Shown here in pieces: positions 50,898 through 60,681 of a stretch of DNA of 64,000 bases. A model generated the notes under the pieces. The model was given only the letters and a program-made list of their open reading frames with translations, had not been told where the DNA came from and ran no database searches. Position 1 is the first letter of the stretch; the number at the start of each line of letters is the position of its first letter. The translations under genes were made by a program, and so were the position numbers. The stretch comes from an uncultured bacterium (GTDB taxonomy: Bacteria; Chloroflexota; UBA5177; JANWHV01), in NCBI GenBank assembly GCA_963729625.1, contig CAVSOU010000008.1, forward strand, positions 832,001 through 896,000, read 5' to 3'.

Positions 50898-51000
50898 TGT
50901 CTCGTGCCAGCGGGGCGCAATGGTGCGCCGTGCAGAACAGGCCAGAGGTATTCGCCTTGCGGCCTTGCGCCCAGCGTTGCGGGTGGGTTGGCACGAGACA
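50898..51000. repeat. Intergenic inverted repeat
   Basis: tgtctcgtgcca (50898-50909) / tggcacgagaca (50989-51000), perfect 12 bp; inner gggcgcaa/ttgcgccc. Confidence 0.55.
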
Positions 51001-51087
51001 GCGCATCGTGCTACGCTGGAGGGCCTTGCACACCACGTCCAGCCCTGTCGGCTGTTCTCGGGCGATAGCGATTGCAGGAGGCCGGAG

Positions 51088-51900
51088 ATGGGTGAACCGA
51101 CCAATGATCCGGGCGATCTCAACGAGGAAGCCCGCAGACTGTGGGAGCAGAAGGCCGCCTTCTGGGATGAACGCCTGGAAGCCGGAAATCTCTTTCACCG
51201 GGTGCTCATCGGCCCCGCTACCGAGCGTCTGCTTGCCATCCAGCCGGGAGAAGTGGTGCTGGACGTCGCGTGCGGAAACGGAGCCTTGGCACGCCGGTTG
51301 GCACAGCTGGGCGCATCTGTCGTAGCCGTCGATTTCAGTCAGGCCTTCATCGATCGTGCCAGAGCACGCACTGTAGAGCACGTCGACCGTATCGAATACG
51401 ACATCATCGATGCAACCGACAGCGCGCAGCTCATGGCCCTCGGCCGCCAACGCTTCGATGCCGCGGTCTGCAGTATGGGGCTTATGGACATGGCGGACAT
51501 CGGCGCACTTGGCAGCACGCTGCCCATTCTACTGCGGCACGGTGGGCGTTTCGTCTTCTCGGTCCAGCATCCTTGCTTCAACTCAAATGGGATGGCCATC
51601 GTCGGGGAGCAAGGGCAATTTGGCGACATCTTCACGGCAACGTTTGCGGTGAAGGTGTCGCGATACCTCAGTATTCCGCCGGGTAAAGGCGCAGGCATGC
51701 CCGGCGAGCCGGTGCCGCACTACTATTTTCATCGACCGCTGAGCCAGCTCCTGGGCGTATTCTTCAGGGCGGGATTCGTGCTTGACGGTCTGGAAGAGCC
51801 GCGGCTCGAGGCGGATTCCCAGGGTTCCTCGGCTTTGACGTGGGCAAGCGTGCGCGACATTCCGCCGGTCCTGGTAGCGCGGCTGCAGTTGAGACAATAG
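51088..51900 (+). CDS. Class I SAM-dependent methyltransferase
   Basis: VLDVACGNG, VDFS, FDAAV, GGRFVFSVQHPCF; GGAG RBS. Confidence 0.92.
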   Translation: MGEPTNDPGDLNEEARRLWEQKAAFWDERLEAGNLFHRVLIGPATERLLAIQPGEVVLDVACGNGALARRLAQLGASVVAVDFSQAFIDRARARTVEHVDRIEYDIIDATDSAQLMALGRQRFDAAVCSMGLMDMADIGALGSTLPILLRHGGRFVFSVQHPCFNSNGMAIVGEQGQFGDIFTATFAVKVSRYLSIPPGKGAGMPGEPVPHYYFHRPLSQLLGVFFRAGFVLDGLEEPRLEADSQGSSALTWASVRDIPPVLVARLQLRQ

Positions 51901-51910
51901 CAGCGGCACG

Positions 51911-52642
51911 TCACGCGCTATCAAGGGCCTGGCCAAGAGCGAAAAGCTCGCGAATTCCGCGGTCGGCCAGCCCTATGAGCTCGTTCATGATGGCGACGGA
52001 GAATGGCTTGCCTTCCGCGGTGCCCTGCACCTCAATGAAATCGCCGGCACCGTTCATCACGACGTTGAAGTCCACGTCCGCGCGGCTGTCCTCCTCGTAG
52101 TTGAGGTCCAGACGTGCCTCACCGTTAACCATGCCCACGCTGACCGCCGCTACCGGTGTCAGCAGAGGCGAGTTCGTCAGGACCCGGTCCGCCATCAGCT
52201 TGGCGACGGCCTGCTTGAGCGCCAGGTACGCGCCTGTAACCGCGGCGGTGCGTGTGCCGCCGTCCGCCTGGAGCACGTCGCAGTCGATGGTAAGCGTGCG
52301 TTCACCCAGTGCCTTGAGGTCGACGGCCGGCCGCAGGGAACGGCCGATGAGACGCTGGATCTCGTGCGTGCGACCGGTAGGCCCACCGCGCACAGCTTCC
52401 CGGCCATTACGCGTGGGCGTTGCCCGCGGCAGCATGGCATATTCGGCGGTGACCCAGCCTCGGCCCTTTCCAATCAGCCACGGTGGCACGCGCTCTTCCA
52501 CGCTCACCGCGCACGCCACACGCGTGTCTCCCATTTCAATCAGCATTGAGCCCTCGGCGAAGCGGAAGAACCCCGGGGTCAGGCGCACCGGCCGCAGTTG
52601 GTCGTTCGCGCGATTGGCTGACCTTCGTCCGCCGTTTCCCAT
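51911..52642 (-). CDS. rph: Ribonuclease PH
   Basis: [47 protein letters not shown]. Confidence 0.97.
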   Translation of the reverse strand: MGNGGRRSANRANDQLRPVRLTPGFFRFAEGSMLIEMGDTRVACAVSVEERVPPWLIGKGRGWVTAEYAMLPRATPTRNGREAVRGGPTGRTHEIQRLIGRSLRPAVDLKALGERTLTIDCDVLQADGGTRTAAVTGAYLALKQAVAKLMADRVLTNSPLLTPVAAVSVGMVNGEARLDLNYEEDSRADVDFNVVMNGAGDFIEVQGTAEGKPFSVAIMNELIGLADRGIRELFALGQALDSA

Positions 52643-53091
52643 TACCGTTTCCACTCTCCTCGCCACGCTTGCCGGGGTCGCCCGGCACGCGCAGCAACTT
52701 TCTCGCACGCGTCTCAACGTTGCTTGGACCATGTCGTCAGCGCGCGCGCGTCGCGGCGCCGGTAACGCTTGACAATTTGGTCTGCCGATAATTCAGTTAT
52801 GCCAGAAATCGCTCCGCAACTTCCGCCGCTCGACACCACCTGCGCCCGGCGGATCGCGCCGGCGTCTTATGGCGGCAACGCTACCTGGCTGTTCGATTCG
52901 TTTCAGCCGGTCTATCGCCCGCGGGTGAGAAAGTGGGAGAACGCAGAACATTGTGGGTGGCAGGGAATTGCGCGCTGCGTTCCTCGCGTCCGCCACCTGG
53001 TGCGCACGAAAGAGTGCACGGATGCCGGCTCTCGCATACGATAGTCATGCAGGGTCGCTGCAACGTCCTACTGCGAGAGGAGTGAACGGAA

Positions 53092-55869
53092 TTGCGCTCA
53101 TGCCGCTCATGGCACGTCGGACCGGCGTTGCTGACAGCGCTCATCTTGTTAGCACCATCGAGCATACCGGCGGCGGCCGGGGTGAAACAGACGTCGCCGT
53201 CCACGGCCGGTAGTGCGTGCACTGCGTGGAACATAGTGCCGGGTAACGCCTCCGGCCTCGTGGCGCTGTCCGCTGCCTCAAGCCGCGACGTGTGGGCGGT
53301 AGGGACTATACAGGTCTCGGGTCATGATCAGGGCAGTGTCCAGCATTGGGACGGCACTCGTTGGCAGGTGGTGCCGAGCGTGAATCCAGCCTCGTCGGAT
53401 ACGCGGTTGCTGGGCGTGGCGGCAGTTGCTCGGGCGGATGCCTGGGTCGCCGGTGTGACCTACGCTCTCGGCTCGGCCACTGCTTGGCCGCTCCTGGAAC
53501 ACTGGAACGGCACACGCTGGAGTCGCGTTTCAGGCATTGGCAGCGGGTATGCGCTCAACGCCATTGCTGCCGTGTCCGGATCGGAGGTCTGGGCAGTCGG
53601 CGGACCGGCAAACGGAAGCGGCGGAGCCGTCGCCCTTCACTGGGACGGGCACGCCTGGCACGCGTCGGCATTACCCGCCGCGGGATCGCAGGGCGGCACG
53701 TTGCAGGGCCTGGCTTCCTTCGGCGCTGACGACGTCTGGGCGGTTGGCCAGATCGTCTCGAGCAACGTCAGACCGCTCGTCGAACACTGGGACGGGCATC
53801 ACTGGCTCGTCAGCTCGCTGCCGCCGATCTCCGACCAGATCGCGCGCCTCACGGCCGTGGCCGGCATGTCCGACAACGACCTGTGGGCAGTTGGATACCG
53901 GGGCTCGGGCATGAATTCGTTTGGCAATTCCCTCGTGCTGCACGGGACTGGGTCAGGCTGGCATGTCGTGGCCGGCATGACCGGCGCCCAGCTGGGTTTC
54001 TCCAGCGTCGCGGCAGTCTCGGCCCGCGACATCTGGGTTGCGGGAGGCACGTCGATCGCGCACTGGGACGGAACGCACTGGGCCGACGTCTCCGTGCCCG
54101 AGGGAGGTGCAACCGCACTGGCAGCGATCGGTCCCCGAGACATCTGGAGCCTCGGCGTGCATTTTGCGCGCGATACAGGCTCCTCCTGCTACGCGGGCAG
54201 CATGGCCGTTCATTCCATTGCCATGCCCGACGTAGGCACCCGTGACGGGGGCATGAGCCCGTTGCCTGATGGCCCAGGCGCTCTCTCGCTCGACCCGGTG
54301 CGCAGCCGGGCATACGTGCGTGATGGAAACGGAAAGGTCTCCGTGGTCGACACGAAGAAGAACGCCGTGATTGCCACGTTGAGCCTCGGAGCCTCGGGCG
54401 CGATGGCAATCGACGAGCATAGCGGTCGGCTCTATGTGCCGACAGCGCGCGCGGGCCTCGCGGTGCTCGACGCCGCGACCGGAGCCGCACGCAGTCCGGC
54501 CCTTCCGGCCTCTGCCTCGCCGTCACAGGCCGCCTTTGATGCGACTGCCGGCCGTCTCCTGGTAGCTGAACCATCCTCCGTTGCTATCCTGAACGCGGCC
54601 GGCGCTCTCGTGGCCACGGTTCCGATTAGCAACCCCACGAATCTGGTGGTGGATAGCCGTACGGGCCGCGCGTTCGTTTCCAGCAATGTATCGTCACCCT
54701 ATCCAGGCATGAACGTTGCCGGCCCAGAGACGCGCCTCGTGGTGCTCGATACGGTAACCGGCGCCGTGCTGCGCACTATCGCTGGACTTGGCGGACCTAC
54801 GGCCGTCGACGAGAAGGCCGGCCGGGTGTTTATCGGCTTTGTAGACTCCACTGCGGCTGTGCGAATCAGCCAGCTCGACGCTGCATCAGGCCAACTGGTT
54901 CGAACATACACGGCCGGCCGCGACGGGGATGCGTTCCTGAGCGACATCGTCGAAGATCCTGGTACCGCTACCGTGTTTGCCACGACGTTCTTTGGGTTGC
55001 TGGCGCTCGACCCGACGACCGGCGTATTCCGCGTGCTGGATCGTTCAACCCCGTCCGCTATCGCCGTCGACCCCCGGCATGCGCGCCTGTTTGCAACGTT
55101 TCCCGTCGACCGGAACCACTACGGCGTACCCGTTAGCCCGGGCGAAGTTGCGATGTACGATCAGAGGACCGGCGTGCGTCAGGCGACGATCCGCATTGGC
55201 ATCGGACCTGATGTGGCTGCCGTAGACGGCATCTCCGGCAAGGTCTTCGTTCTTGACACGCACGGTCTCGAAGTGATTGATCCCGGCGCCGTGGCGGCCG
55301 GTAGCGTCATTCAGCCGGCGCCGTCCGACGTTGCGACCGCTCTGCCCGGCGCCAAGTACTTTGCTTCCACGCATCACAATCTCTCCGGACCGTTCCTGGC
55401 GTTCTGGCAGCGCTATGGGGGCCTTGGCGCCCTGGGGAATCCGATCAGTGAGCCCGTCGTGCTGGACGCGCACCTGTCGCAGTATTTTGAGCGCGCCTTG
55501 CTGCGGATTGTGGACGGCACGGTTGTGCCTGCCCCACTCGGCCGCATCCTTACGACAGGCCGCAACTTTGCGCCGGCATCCGCATCCGCGGCCAGTGCCG
55601 GCACGCGCTACTTCGCGCAGACCCGGCACTCGCTAGCCGGGAGATTTCTGACGTACTGGAAGACGCATCACGGCGATGTTTTGCTCGGAGCTCCGATATC
55701 GGAGGTGGCGCTCGAAAGCAATGGCGATGGTACTGGGAGGAAGTATCCAACGCAATGGTTTGAGAACGGGCGACTGGAGTATCATCCAGAGCTTGCCGGC
55801 ACTGCATACGCGGTGGAGGCGGGTCTGGCCGGCGTGCAAGCCATGCACAAACAGAGCTGGTTCAGGTGA
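53092..55869 (+). CDS. Secreted protein: DVWAVG/HWDG propeller + YncE-like propeller + two cell-wall-binding repeats
   Basis: Signal peptide; repeated xDVWAVG...HW(D/N)G; C-terminal YFASTHH..GNPISE..QYFERA and YFAQTRH..GAPISE..QWFE. Confidence 0.85.
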   Translation: MRSCRSWHVGPALLTALILLAPSSIPAAAGVKQTSPSTAGSACTAWNIVPGNASGLVALSAASSRDVWAVGTIQVSGHDQGSVQHWDGTRWQVVPSVNPASSDTRLLGVAAVARADAWVAGVTYALGSATAWPLLEHWNGTRWSRVSGIGSGYALNAIAAVSGSEVWAVGGPANGSGGAVALHWDGHAWHASALPAAGSQGGTLQGLASFGADDVWAVGQIVSSNVRPLVEHWDGHHWLVSSLPPISDQIARLTAVAGMSDNDLWAVGYRGSGMNSFGNSLVLHGTGSGWHVVAGMTGAQLGFSSVAAVSARDIWVAGGTSIAHWDGTHWADVSVPEGGATALAAIGPRDIWSLGVHFARDTGSSCYAGSMAVHSIAMPDVGTRDGGMSPLPDGPGALSLDPVRSRAYVRDGNGKVSVVDTKKNAVIATLSLGASGAMAIDEHSGRLYVPTARAGLAVLDAATGAARSPALPASASPSQAAFDATAGRLLVAEPSSVAILNAAGALVATVPISNPTNLVVDSRTGRAFVSSNVSSPYPGMNVAGPETRLVVLDTVTGAVLRTIAGLGGPTAVDEKAGRVFIGFVDSTAAVRISQLDAASGQLVRTYTAGRDGDAFLSDIVEDPGTATVFATTFFGLLALDPTTGVFRVLDRSTPSAIAVDPRHARLFATFPVDRNHYGVPVSPGEVAMYDQRTGVRQATIRIGIGPDVAAVDGISGKVFVLDTHGLEVIDPGAVAAGSVIQPAPSDVATALPGAKYFASTHHNLSGPFLAFWQRYGGLGALGNPISEPVVLDAHLSQYFERALLRIVDGTVVPAPLGRILTTGRNFAPASASAASAGTRYFAQTRHSLAGRFLTYWKTHHGDVLLGAPISEVALESNGDGTGRKYPTQWFENGRLEYHPELAGTAYAVEAGLAGVQAMHKQSWFR

Positions 55870-55912
55870 CGACAGTGGTGCGGCAGGTCAGAGGCCACGG
55901 CAGGAATGAGAC

Positions 55913-56542
55913 GTGACGGAGCGCGCATTTCAGACCTTGCGGCAGACCGGCAGGTCGGAACTGGAGATCAAGCGATCGCGATTCCTGGGACATGCCGAGC
56001 CGGTTGCCGACGAGGGCGCATTTCGGCGGCTGCTGGAGCGCGTGAAGGCAGTCCATTCTGAGGCCAGCCACAATGCCTTCGCCTATCGCCTGGGTCGCGA
56101 TGCCGGCGCTGCCCGCTTCTCGGACGACGGCGAGCCTGGCGGCACGGCCGGCAGGCCTATGATGGAGATCTTGATTCGCGAGGACGTTGTCGACGCGGCA
56201 GTCGTGGTAACGCGATATTTTGGCGGCACTTTGCTGGGCAGCGGTGGGCTCACACGCGCCTACAGCCAGGCGGCTTCCCAGGCGCTGCGCGCGGCCGGCC
56301 TCGTGCGCATGATCCCGCACGCGGAAATGGTGGTCACTCTGGAATACACGCATTTTGGCGCCGTCGAAAAGGCTCTGCAGAGGGCTGGCATCGGTCTGCA
56401 CGAGGCAGCGTTTACCGACGTCGTGACCGTGAAGGCGCGTGTGGCCGCGGGCGGGGAAGCGGCATTCGCCTCCTTGCTTGCGGACCTGACGGCAGGCTCA
56501 GCTCAGGTCGAGATCGGCGGTACGGTGTATCTGGCGGAATAG
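55913..56542 (+). CDS. yigZ: YigZ/IMPACT family protein
   Basis: IKRSRF, ASHNAFAY, SDDGEPGGTAG, VTRYFGGTLLGSGGL. Confidence 0.95.
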   Translation: MTERAFQTLRQTGRSELEIKRSRFLGHAEPVADEGAFRRLLERVKAVHSEASHNAFAYRLGRDAGAARFSDDGEPGGTAGRPMMEILIREDVVDAAVVVTRYFGGTLLGSGGLTRAYSQAASQALRAAGLVRMIPHAEMVVTLEYTHFGAVEKALQRAGIGLHEAAFTDVVTVKARVAAGGEAAFASLLADLTAGSAQVEIGGTVYLAE

Positions 56543-56570
56543 CCACGCATCCCCGACCGATGGGTGTCCG

Positions 56571-56579
56571 TGCTATACT
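56571..56579 (+). promoter_or_regulatory. Extended -10 promoter (TGnTATACT)
   Basis: tgcTATACT ~23 nt before the riboswitch; the same motif precedes the second riboswitch. Confidence 0.7.
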
Positions 56580-56601
56580 CGCCCTAACAAGCACCACGCG
56601 C

Positions 56602-56752
56602 GTTCTCAGAGGTGCCGCGGTCGTCAATGCCACGGCGTAAATGGGTAAGTCCGGTGCAAGACCGGCACAGTCCCGCTACTGTAACCAGCCATTCCGGCTG
56701 GGAGTCAGAAAACCGGCCTCTGGGGCTTGCTTCATGCCTTCGGAAGAAAGGG
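56602..56752 (+). ncRNA. Cobalamin riboswitch (upstream of cobS)
   Basis: AGGTG...TAAATGGG.AAGTCCGGTG.AA.ACCGG.ACAGTCCCGCTACTGTAA...GGGAGTCAGAAAACC.GCCT B12-box, then a CCTTC/GAAAGG hairpin. Confidence 0.92.
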
Positions 56753-56761
56753 CGGCTCGCG

Positions 56762-57529
56762 ATTTCACGCTTTGATCAAGCGTTGCGCCACCATGCAGAC
56801 GCGCTGCTCGTCGCGGCAGGCTTTCTGACCGTTGTGCCCGTGCCTGCCGGCCAGTCCCGGAGCCGTACGTCGCTTGCCGAGGCGGTCGCGTACTTCCCCG
56901 TAGTAGGGGCTCTGCTCGGCTCGTTTGTGGCCGGGCTCGATTCTGCGTATGGGCATGTGTTTCCGCGGCCCGTCGCCAGCGCTATGGACCTGATGCTCTT
57001 CGCCGCGCTCACCGGCGGCATGCACCTGGACGGCCTTATGGACTCGCTAGACGGCCTGTTCGGCGGGCACGATCGAGAGCGGCGCCTGGAAATCATGCGC
57101 GACAGCCGGGTCGGAAGCTTTGGCGTGATTGGTGCGCTACAGGTCCTGCTGCTCGAATACGCCGCTCTATCGACGCTGGCCGGCCAACATCGGGCCGCGG
57201 CGCTGATCGCCGCGCCCACACTCGGACGCTGGTCCATGGCGCTCGCCGTGTGGGCCTTTCCCTACGCGCGGGAGACGGGACGCGGCACCGCATTCAAGAC
57301 GGGGCTGAGCGCGTACCACGTCGTGCAAGCCGGCTGCTGGACCTTGCTGATTGTGTCCGCGGTTGGTTGTGCGGGCGTGCGACTGGTCGCCATCACCGCG
57401 GTTGCGGTGCTGATCCTCGGTCGGTGGATTCGACAGCGCCTCGGCGGCCTCACTGGAGATACGTATGGTGCCGCGTGCGAGATAGCCACAGCGTTGACGT
57501 TTGTTCTTTGCGCGGCAGGTGCTGTGTGA
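56762..57529 (+). CDS. cobS: Adenosylcobinamide-GDP ribazoletransferase
   Basis: FLT..P, FPVVG, LTGGMHLDGLMD..DG, IMRDSRVGSFG, GGLTGDTYGA; start is ATT 56762 or TTG 56783. Confidence 0.93.
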   Translation: MSRFDQALRHHADALLVAAGFLTVVPVPAGQSRSRTSLAEAVAYFPVVGALLGSFVAGLDSAYGHVFPRPVASAMDLMLFAALTGGMHLDGLMDSLDGLFGGHDRERRLEIMRDSRVGSFGVIGALQVLLLEYAALSTLAGQHRAAALIAAPTLGRWSMALAVWAFPYARETGRGTAFKTGLSAYHVVQAGCWTLLIVSAVGCAGVRLVAITAVAVLILGRWIRQRLGGLTGDTYGAACEIATALTFVLCAAGAV

Positions 57530-57632
57530 TGCGCGGATCTTGGCGCCGGACCAGGATCACGTGGCGGCTATCAGCCTGCACGTCCCTCCCAATCTCCCGG
57601 TCACAGCCTGGGCGGAATGTGGAGCGTGGCTC

Positions 57633-59378
57633 ATGGGCGAGGTGATCCTGGTTACCGGTGGCGCCAAGAGCGGGAAGAGCCTGTTTGCCGAGCAGTTGGC
57701 AGGCGCCCTTGGATCGTTCATCGTCTATGTGGCAACGGCCGAAGCGCACGACGCCGAGATGGTGGCGCGCGTGGCTCGGCATCGCGCGCGACGGCCTGCG
57801 ACCTGGTTCACCGTCGAGGCGGCTCGCGACCTGCGCAGCGCACTGAAGACCGTGCCGTCGACTGCCGACGCAGTGCTCGTGGACTGCTTGACCATTTGGG
57901 CTTCGAACCATTTGCTTGCGTTGGCCGAGCCCGATACGGCCGGTTGGTGGACTGCGGTGGAGGGCCTGCAGGCGACACTGTGCGACGAGATGGGCACGAT
58001 CATCGATGTGGCTCACGCCGCATCCTGGCATCTGGTGATGGTTACCAACGAAGTCGGTTACGGCGTGGTGCCTGAGACGCCGCTCGGGCGAGCATTCCGC
58101 GACCTGCTTGGCGCCCTCACTCAGCGCGCAGCCACGCTGTCTGATGCGGTGTTCCTCGTGGTGGCTGGGTTAGGAACGGAGATCAAGCGAGCCGCCGTTG
58201 ACGCAGGTGAATACGCGCGGACGGTGCGCCCGCCCGCCAGGTCTCAGCCGGTAACAGTGAATGGAGATGAGATGGATCGGATTCTTGAGGTCGCACGTCG
58301 TATCGGGCCGCTTGATGCGCAAGCCATGGTGGCGGCGCGGGAGCGGCAGGATAGCTTGACGAAGCCACAGGGCAGCCTGGGCCGTCTCGAAGCGCTTTCG
58401 GTCGCGTTGGCCGGCATCACAGGCAAGTCGCGCCCACGCTTTCCGCGCAAGGCCGTATTCGTCTGCGCTGCCGATCACGGCGTGGCAGCCGACGGAGTGT
58501 CTGCCTATCCGCAGGAAGTCACCGCGCAGATGGTCCTCAATTTTGTTCAAGGCGGAGCCGCGATCAATGTGCTCGCCCGTCGTGTCGGGGCGCGTGTGGT
58601 CGTCGCGGACCTCGGCGTGGTAGGCGACCTTCCACCGGACATCGCCATTGAGCGGAGGAAGATCGCTCGCGGCACGCAGAACTTTGTCAAAGGGCCCGCA
58701 ATGAGCGGCGATCAGGCGCGTGCTGCCGTGTGCGTCGGCATCGACCTGGTAGAAGCGGAGCTTCTTCGTGGCCTGGACCTCGTGGCGACAGGCGACATGG
58801 GTATCGGCAACACTACCGCCTCCAGTGCGATCGCGGCTGCGATCACCGGCAGGCCTGTCGCGGAGGTAACGGGCCGCGGCACCGGCGTGGACGACAGCGG
58901 GCTGCAGCGCAAGGTCGCGGCCATCGAGCGTGCACTGGCGGTCAACCAGGTGATTGGCAGCGCTCCACTTGACGTACTGGCGAAAGTCGGAGGGTTTGAG
59001 ATCGGAGCATTGGTCGGGGTGATACTGGCGGCGGCCTCTCATCGGCTTCCGGTGGTCATCGACGGATTCATCTCGGGCGCCGCCGCGCTGATCGCCACCG
59101 AGCTCTGTCCCCAAGTGCGCGACTACCTGATAGCCGCCCACTCGTCCGTCGAGATCGGACATCGCGCCATGCTCGAGCGAATGGGGCTCGCGCCGCTGCT
59201 GAACCTCGACCTGCGGTTGGGCGAGGGCACCGGAGCGGCGATGGCCATGCACCTGATCGACGACGCGGTAGCCGTGCTTGACGAGATGGCGACATTTGCC
59301 GATGCGGGCGTGTCCGAGAAGGGGACCGAGCAGGAAGCGCGCGATACGGAGGGACATAGGGGAGGTCCGGTCGCGTAG
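57633..59378 (+). CDS. cobU-cobT: Fused CobU (cobinamide kinase/guanylyltransferase) - CobT (DMB phosphoribosyltransferase)
   Basis: VTGGAKSGKS, YVATA, DCLT.W, NEVG.G, then in the same frame LTKPQGSLGRLE, ADHG, GDMGIGNTT, GGFE, RLGEGTGA. Confidence 0.92.
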   Translation: MGEVILVTGGAKSGKSLFAEQLAGALGSFIVYVATAEAHDAEMVARVARHRARRPATWFTVEAARDLRSALKTVPSTADAVLVDCLTIWASNHLLALAEPDTAGWWTAVEGLQATLCDEMGTIIDVAHAASWHLVMVTNEVGYGVVPETPLGRAFRDLLGALTQRAATLSDAVFLVVAGLGTEIKRAAVDAGEYARTVRPPARSQPVTVNGDEMDRILEVARRIGPLDAQAMVAARERQDSLTKPQGSLGRLEALSVALAGITGKSRPRFPRKAVFVCAADHGVAADGVSAYPQEVTAQMVLNFVQGGAAINVLARRVGARVVVADLGVVGDLPPDIAIERRKIARGTQNFVKGPAMSGDQARAAVCVGIDLVEAELLRGLDLVATGDMGIGNTTASSAIAAAITGRPVAEVTGRGTGVDDSGLQRKVAAIERALAVNQVIGSAPLDVLAKVGGFEIGALVGVILAAASHRLPVVIDGFISGAAALIATELCPQVRDYLIAAHSSVEIGHRAMLERMGLAPLLNLDLRLGEGTGAAMAMHLIDDAVAVLDEMATFADAGVSEKGTEQEARDTEGHRGGPVA

Positions 59379-59427
59379 GCTGGAGTCAGTGCGCGCTCGC
59401 TACAAGGACATGCACGGAGGCTGAACG

Positions 59428-59436
59428 TGCTATACT
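59428..59436 (+). promoter_or_regulatory. Extended -10 promoter (TGnTATACT)
   Basis: tgcTATACT upstream of the second riboswitch. Confidence 0.7.
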
Positions 59437-59459
59437 CCCCTCACAAGCCCAATATTGGG

Positions 59460-59610
59460 TTCTCAGAGGTGCTGTGGCCGCCAAGACCACGGCTTAAACG
59501 GGCAAGTCCGGTGCGAAACCGGCACAGTCCCGCTACTGTAACCAGCCGGGACGGCTGGGAGTCAGAAAACCGGCCTCTGGGGTCTGCCAAGCGCCTTCGG
59601 TAGAAAGGGG
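59460..59610 (+). ncRNA. Cobalamin riboswitch (upstream of btuF)
   Basis: Same core motifs as 56602-56752; near-identical sequence. Confidence 0.93.
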
Positions 59611-59640
59611 CCGGTTGCCATGAGCTTTACACCATAGGGC

Positions 59641-59680
59641 AACCCCTTCGTCCACCGTGGACGAAGGGGTTCTTCATTTG
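59641..59680 (+). terminator. Riboswitch-controlled attenuator hairpin
   Basis: aaccccttcgtcca-ccg-tggacgaaggggtt perfect 14-bp stem followed by cttcattt. Confidence 0.8.
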
Positions 59681-59775
59681 GCGAGAGGTCCTCGGCTGTT
59701 CGTCGCGGGCAGTGTGTGCTCCGCGCCACCCGGCACCCGATAGTGTTGAAGCTCAGCAACTCATGGAGATGCATC

Positions 59776-60681
59776 GTGACCAAGCGATTTGTTTCAGTAC
59801 TGGCTCTGATATGGCTAAGCGCCGGAGCCGCTATCACGCCCGTTGCGGCGCGCACCGCCGCTTCCGCGATTACGGTAGTTGACGATAACCACACGACGTT
59901 GACCCTGGCCTCTCCGGCGAAGAGGATCATCTCTCTGGCGCCAAACGTGACGGAAATCCTCTTCTTCCTCGGCCTGGGCAGCCGCGTCGTGGGTGTCAGC
60001 AGTTACAGCACGTTCCCGCCCGCCGCGACCCACTTGCCGATCGTGATCGATAACGGCGTGCCCAGTATCGAGAAGATCATCGCGCTCAAACCGGACCTGC
60101 TGATCTCGGCGGATATCGTGGGCAAGCCGGTGGTGACCAAGCTGCGCAGCCTGCACCTCAACGTGCTGGCAACCAATCCGCACGACATCCCGGGCATTTT
60201 GCGTGACATCGAGCTGGTCGGCGACGCCGCCGGGATCGCCGATGTAGCGACTCGCGACGTCGAGGCACTGCAGCACCGCATTGATGCCGTCGAGGCCAAG
60301 ACGCGAACCGTCAAGGCCCGGCCTACGGTCTACTACGAGCTTGACAGCACCTACTACACGGTCGGTCACGGCAGCTACATGGATACGCTGATCGCGATGG
60401 CCGGTGGAACAAACGTGGCAGGTTCGATCATCAACCCATATCCGCAGCTGTCGGCAGAGAAGCTGCTGGTCGCCAACCCGCAGTACATTATTCTCGGGGA
60501 CGCGGCATACGGCGTTTCGCAGGCGAGCGTGGCGAAACGTCCCGGCTGGGCGGAGATCGCGGCGGTAAAGAACCACCACATCGTGGCCTTCAACGACGAC
60601 CTGGCTAGCCGGCCGGGCCCGCGGATCGTGGATGGCCTGGAGCAATTGGCACATATCCTGCATCCGGAGTTGTTCCGGTGA
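59776..60681 (+). CDS. btuF: Cobalamin ABC transporter substrate-binding protein
   Basis: RIISLAPNVTEIL, EKIIALKPDL, SRPGPRIVDGLE; under a B12 riboswitch. Confidence 0.9.
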   Translation: MTKRFVSVLALIWLSAGAAITPVAARTAASAITVVDDNHTTLTLASPAKRIISLAPNVTEILFFLGLGSRVVGVSSYSTFPPAATHLPIVIDNGVPSIEKIIALKPDLLISADIVGKPVVTKLRSLHLNVLATNPHDIPGILRDIELVGDAAGIADVATRDVEALQHRIDAVEAKTRTVKARPTVYYELDSTYYTVGHGSYMDTLIAMAGGTNVAGSIINPYPQLSAEKLLVANPQYIILGDAAYGVSQASVAKRPGWAEIAAVKNHHIVAFNDDLASRPGPRIVDGLEQLAHILHPELFR

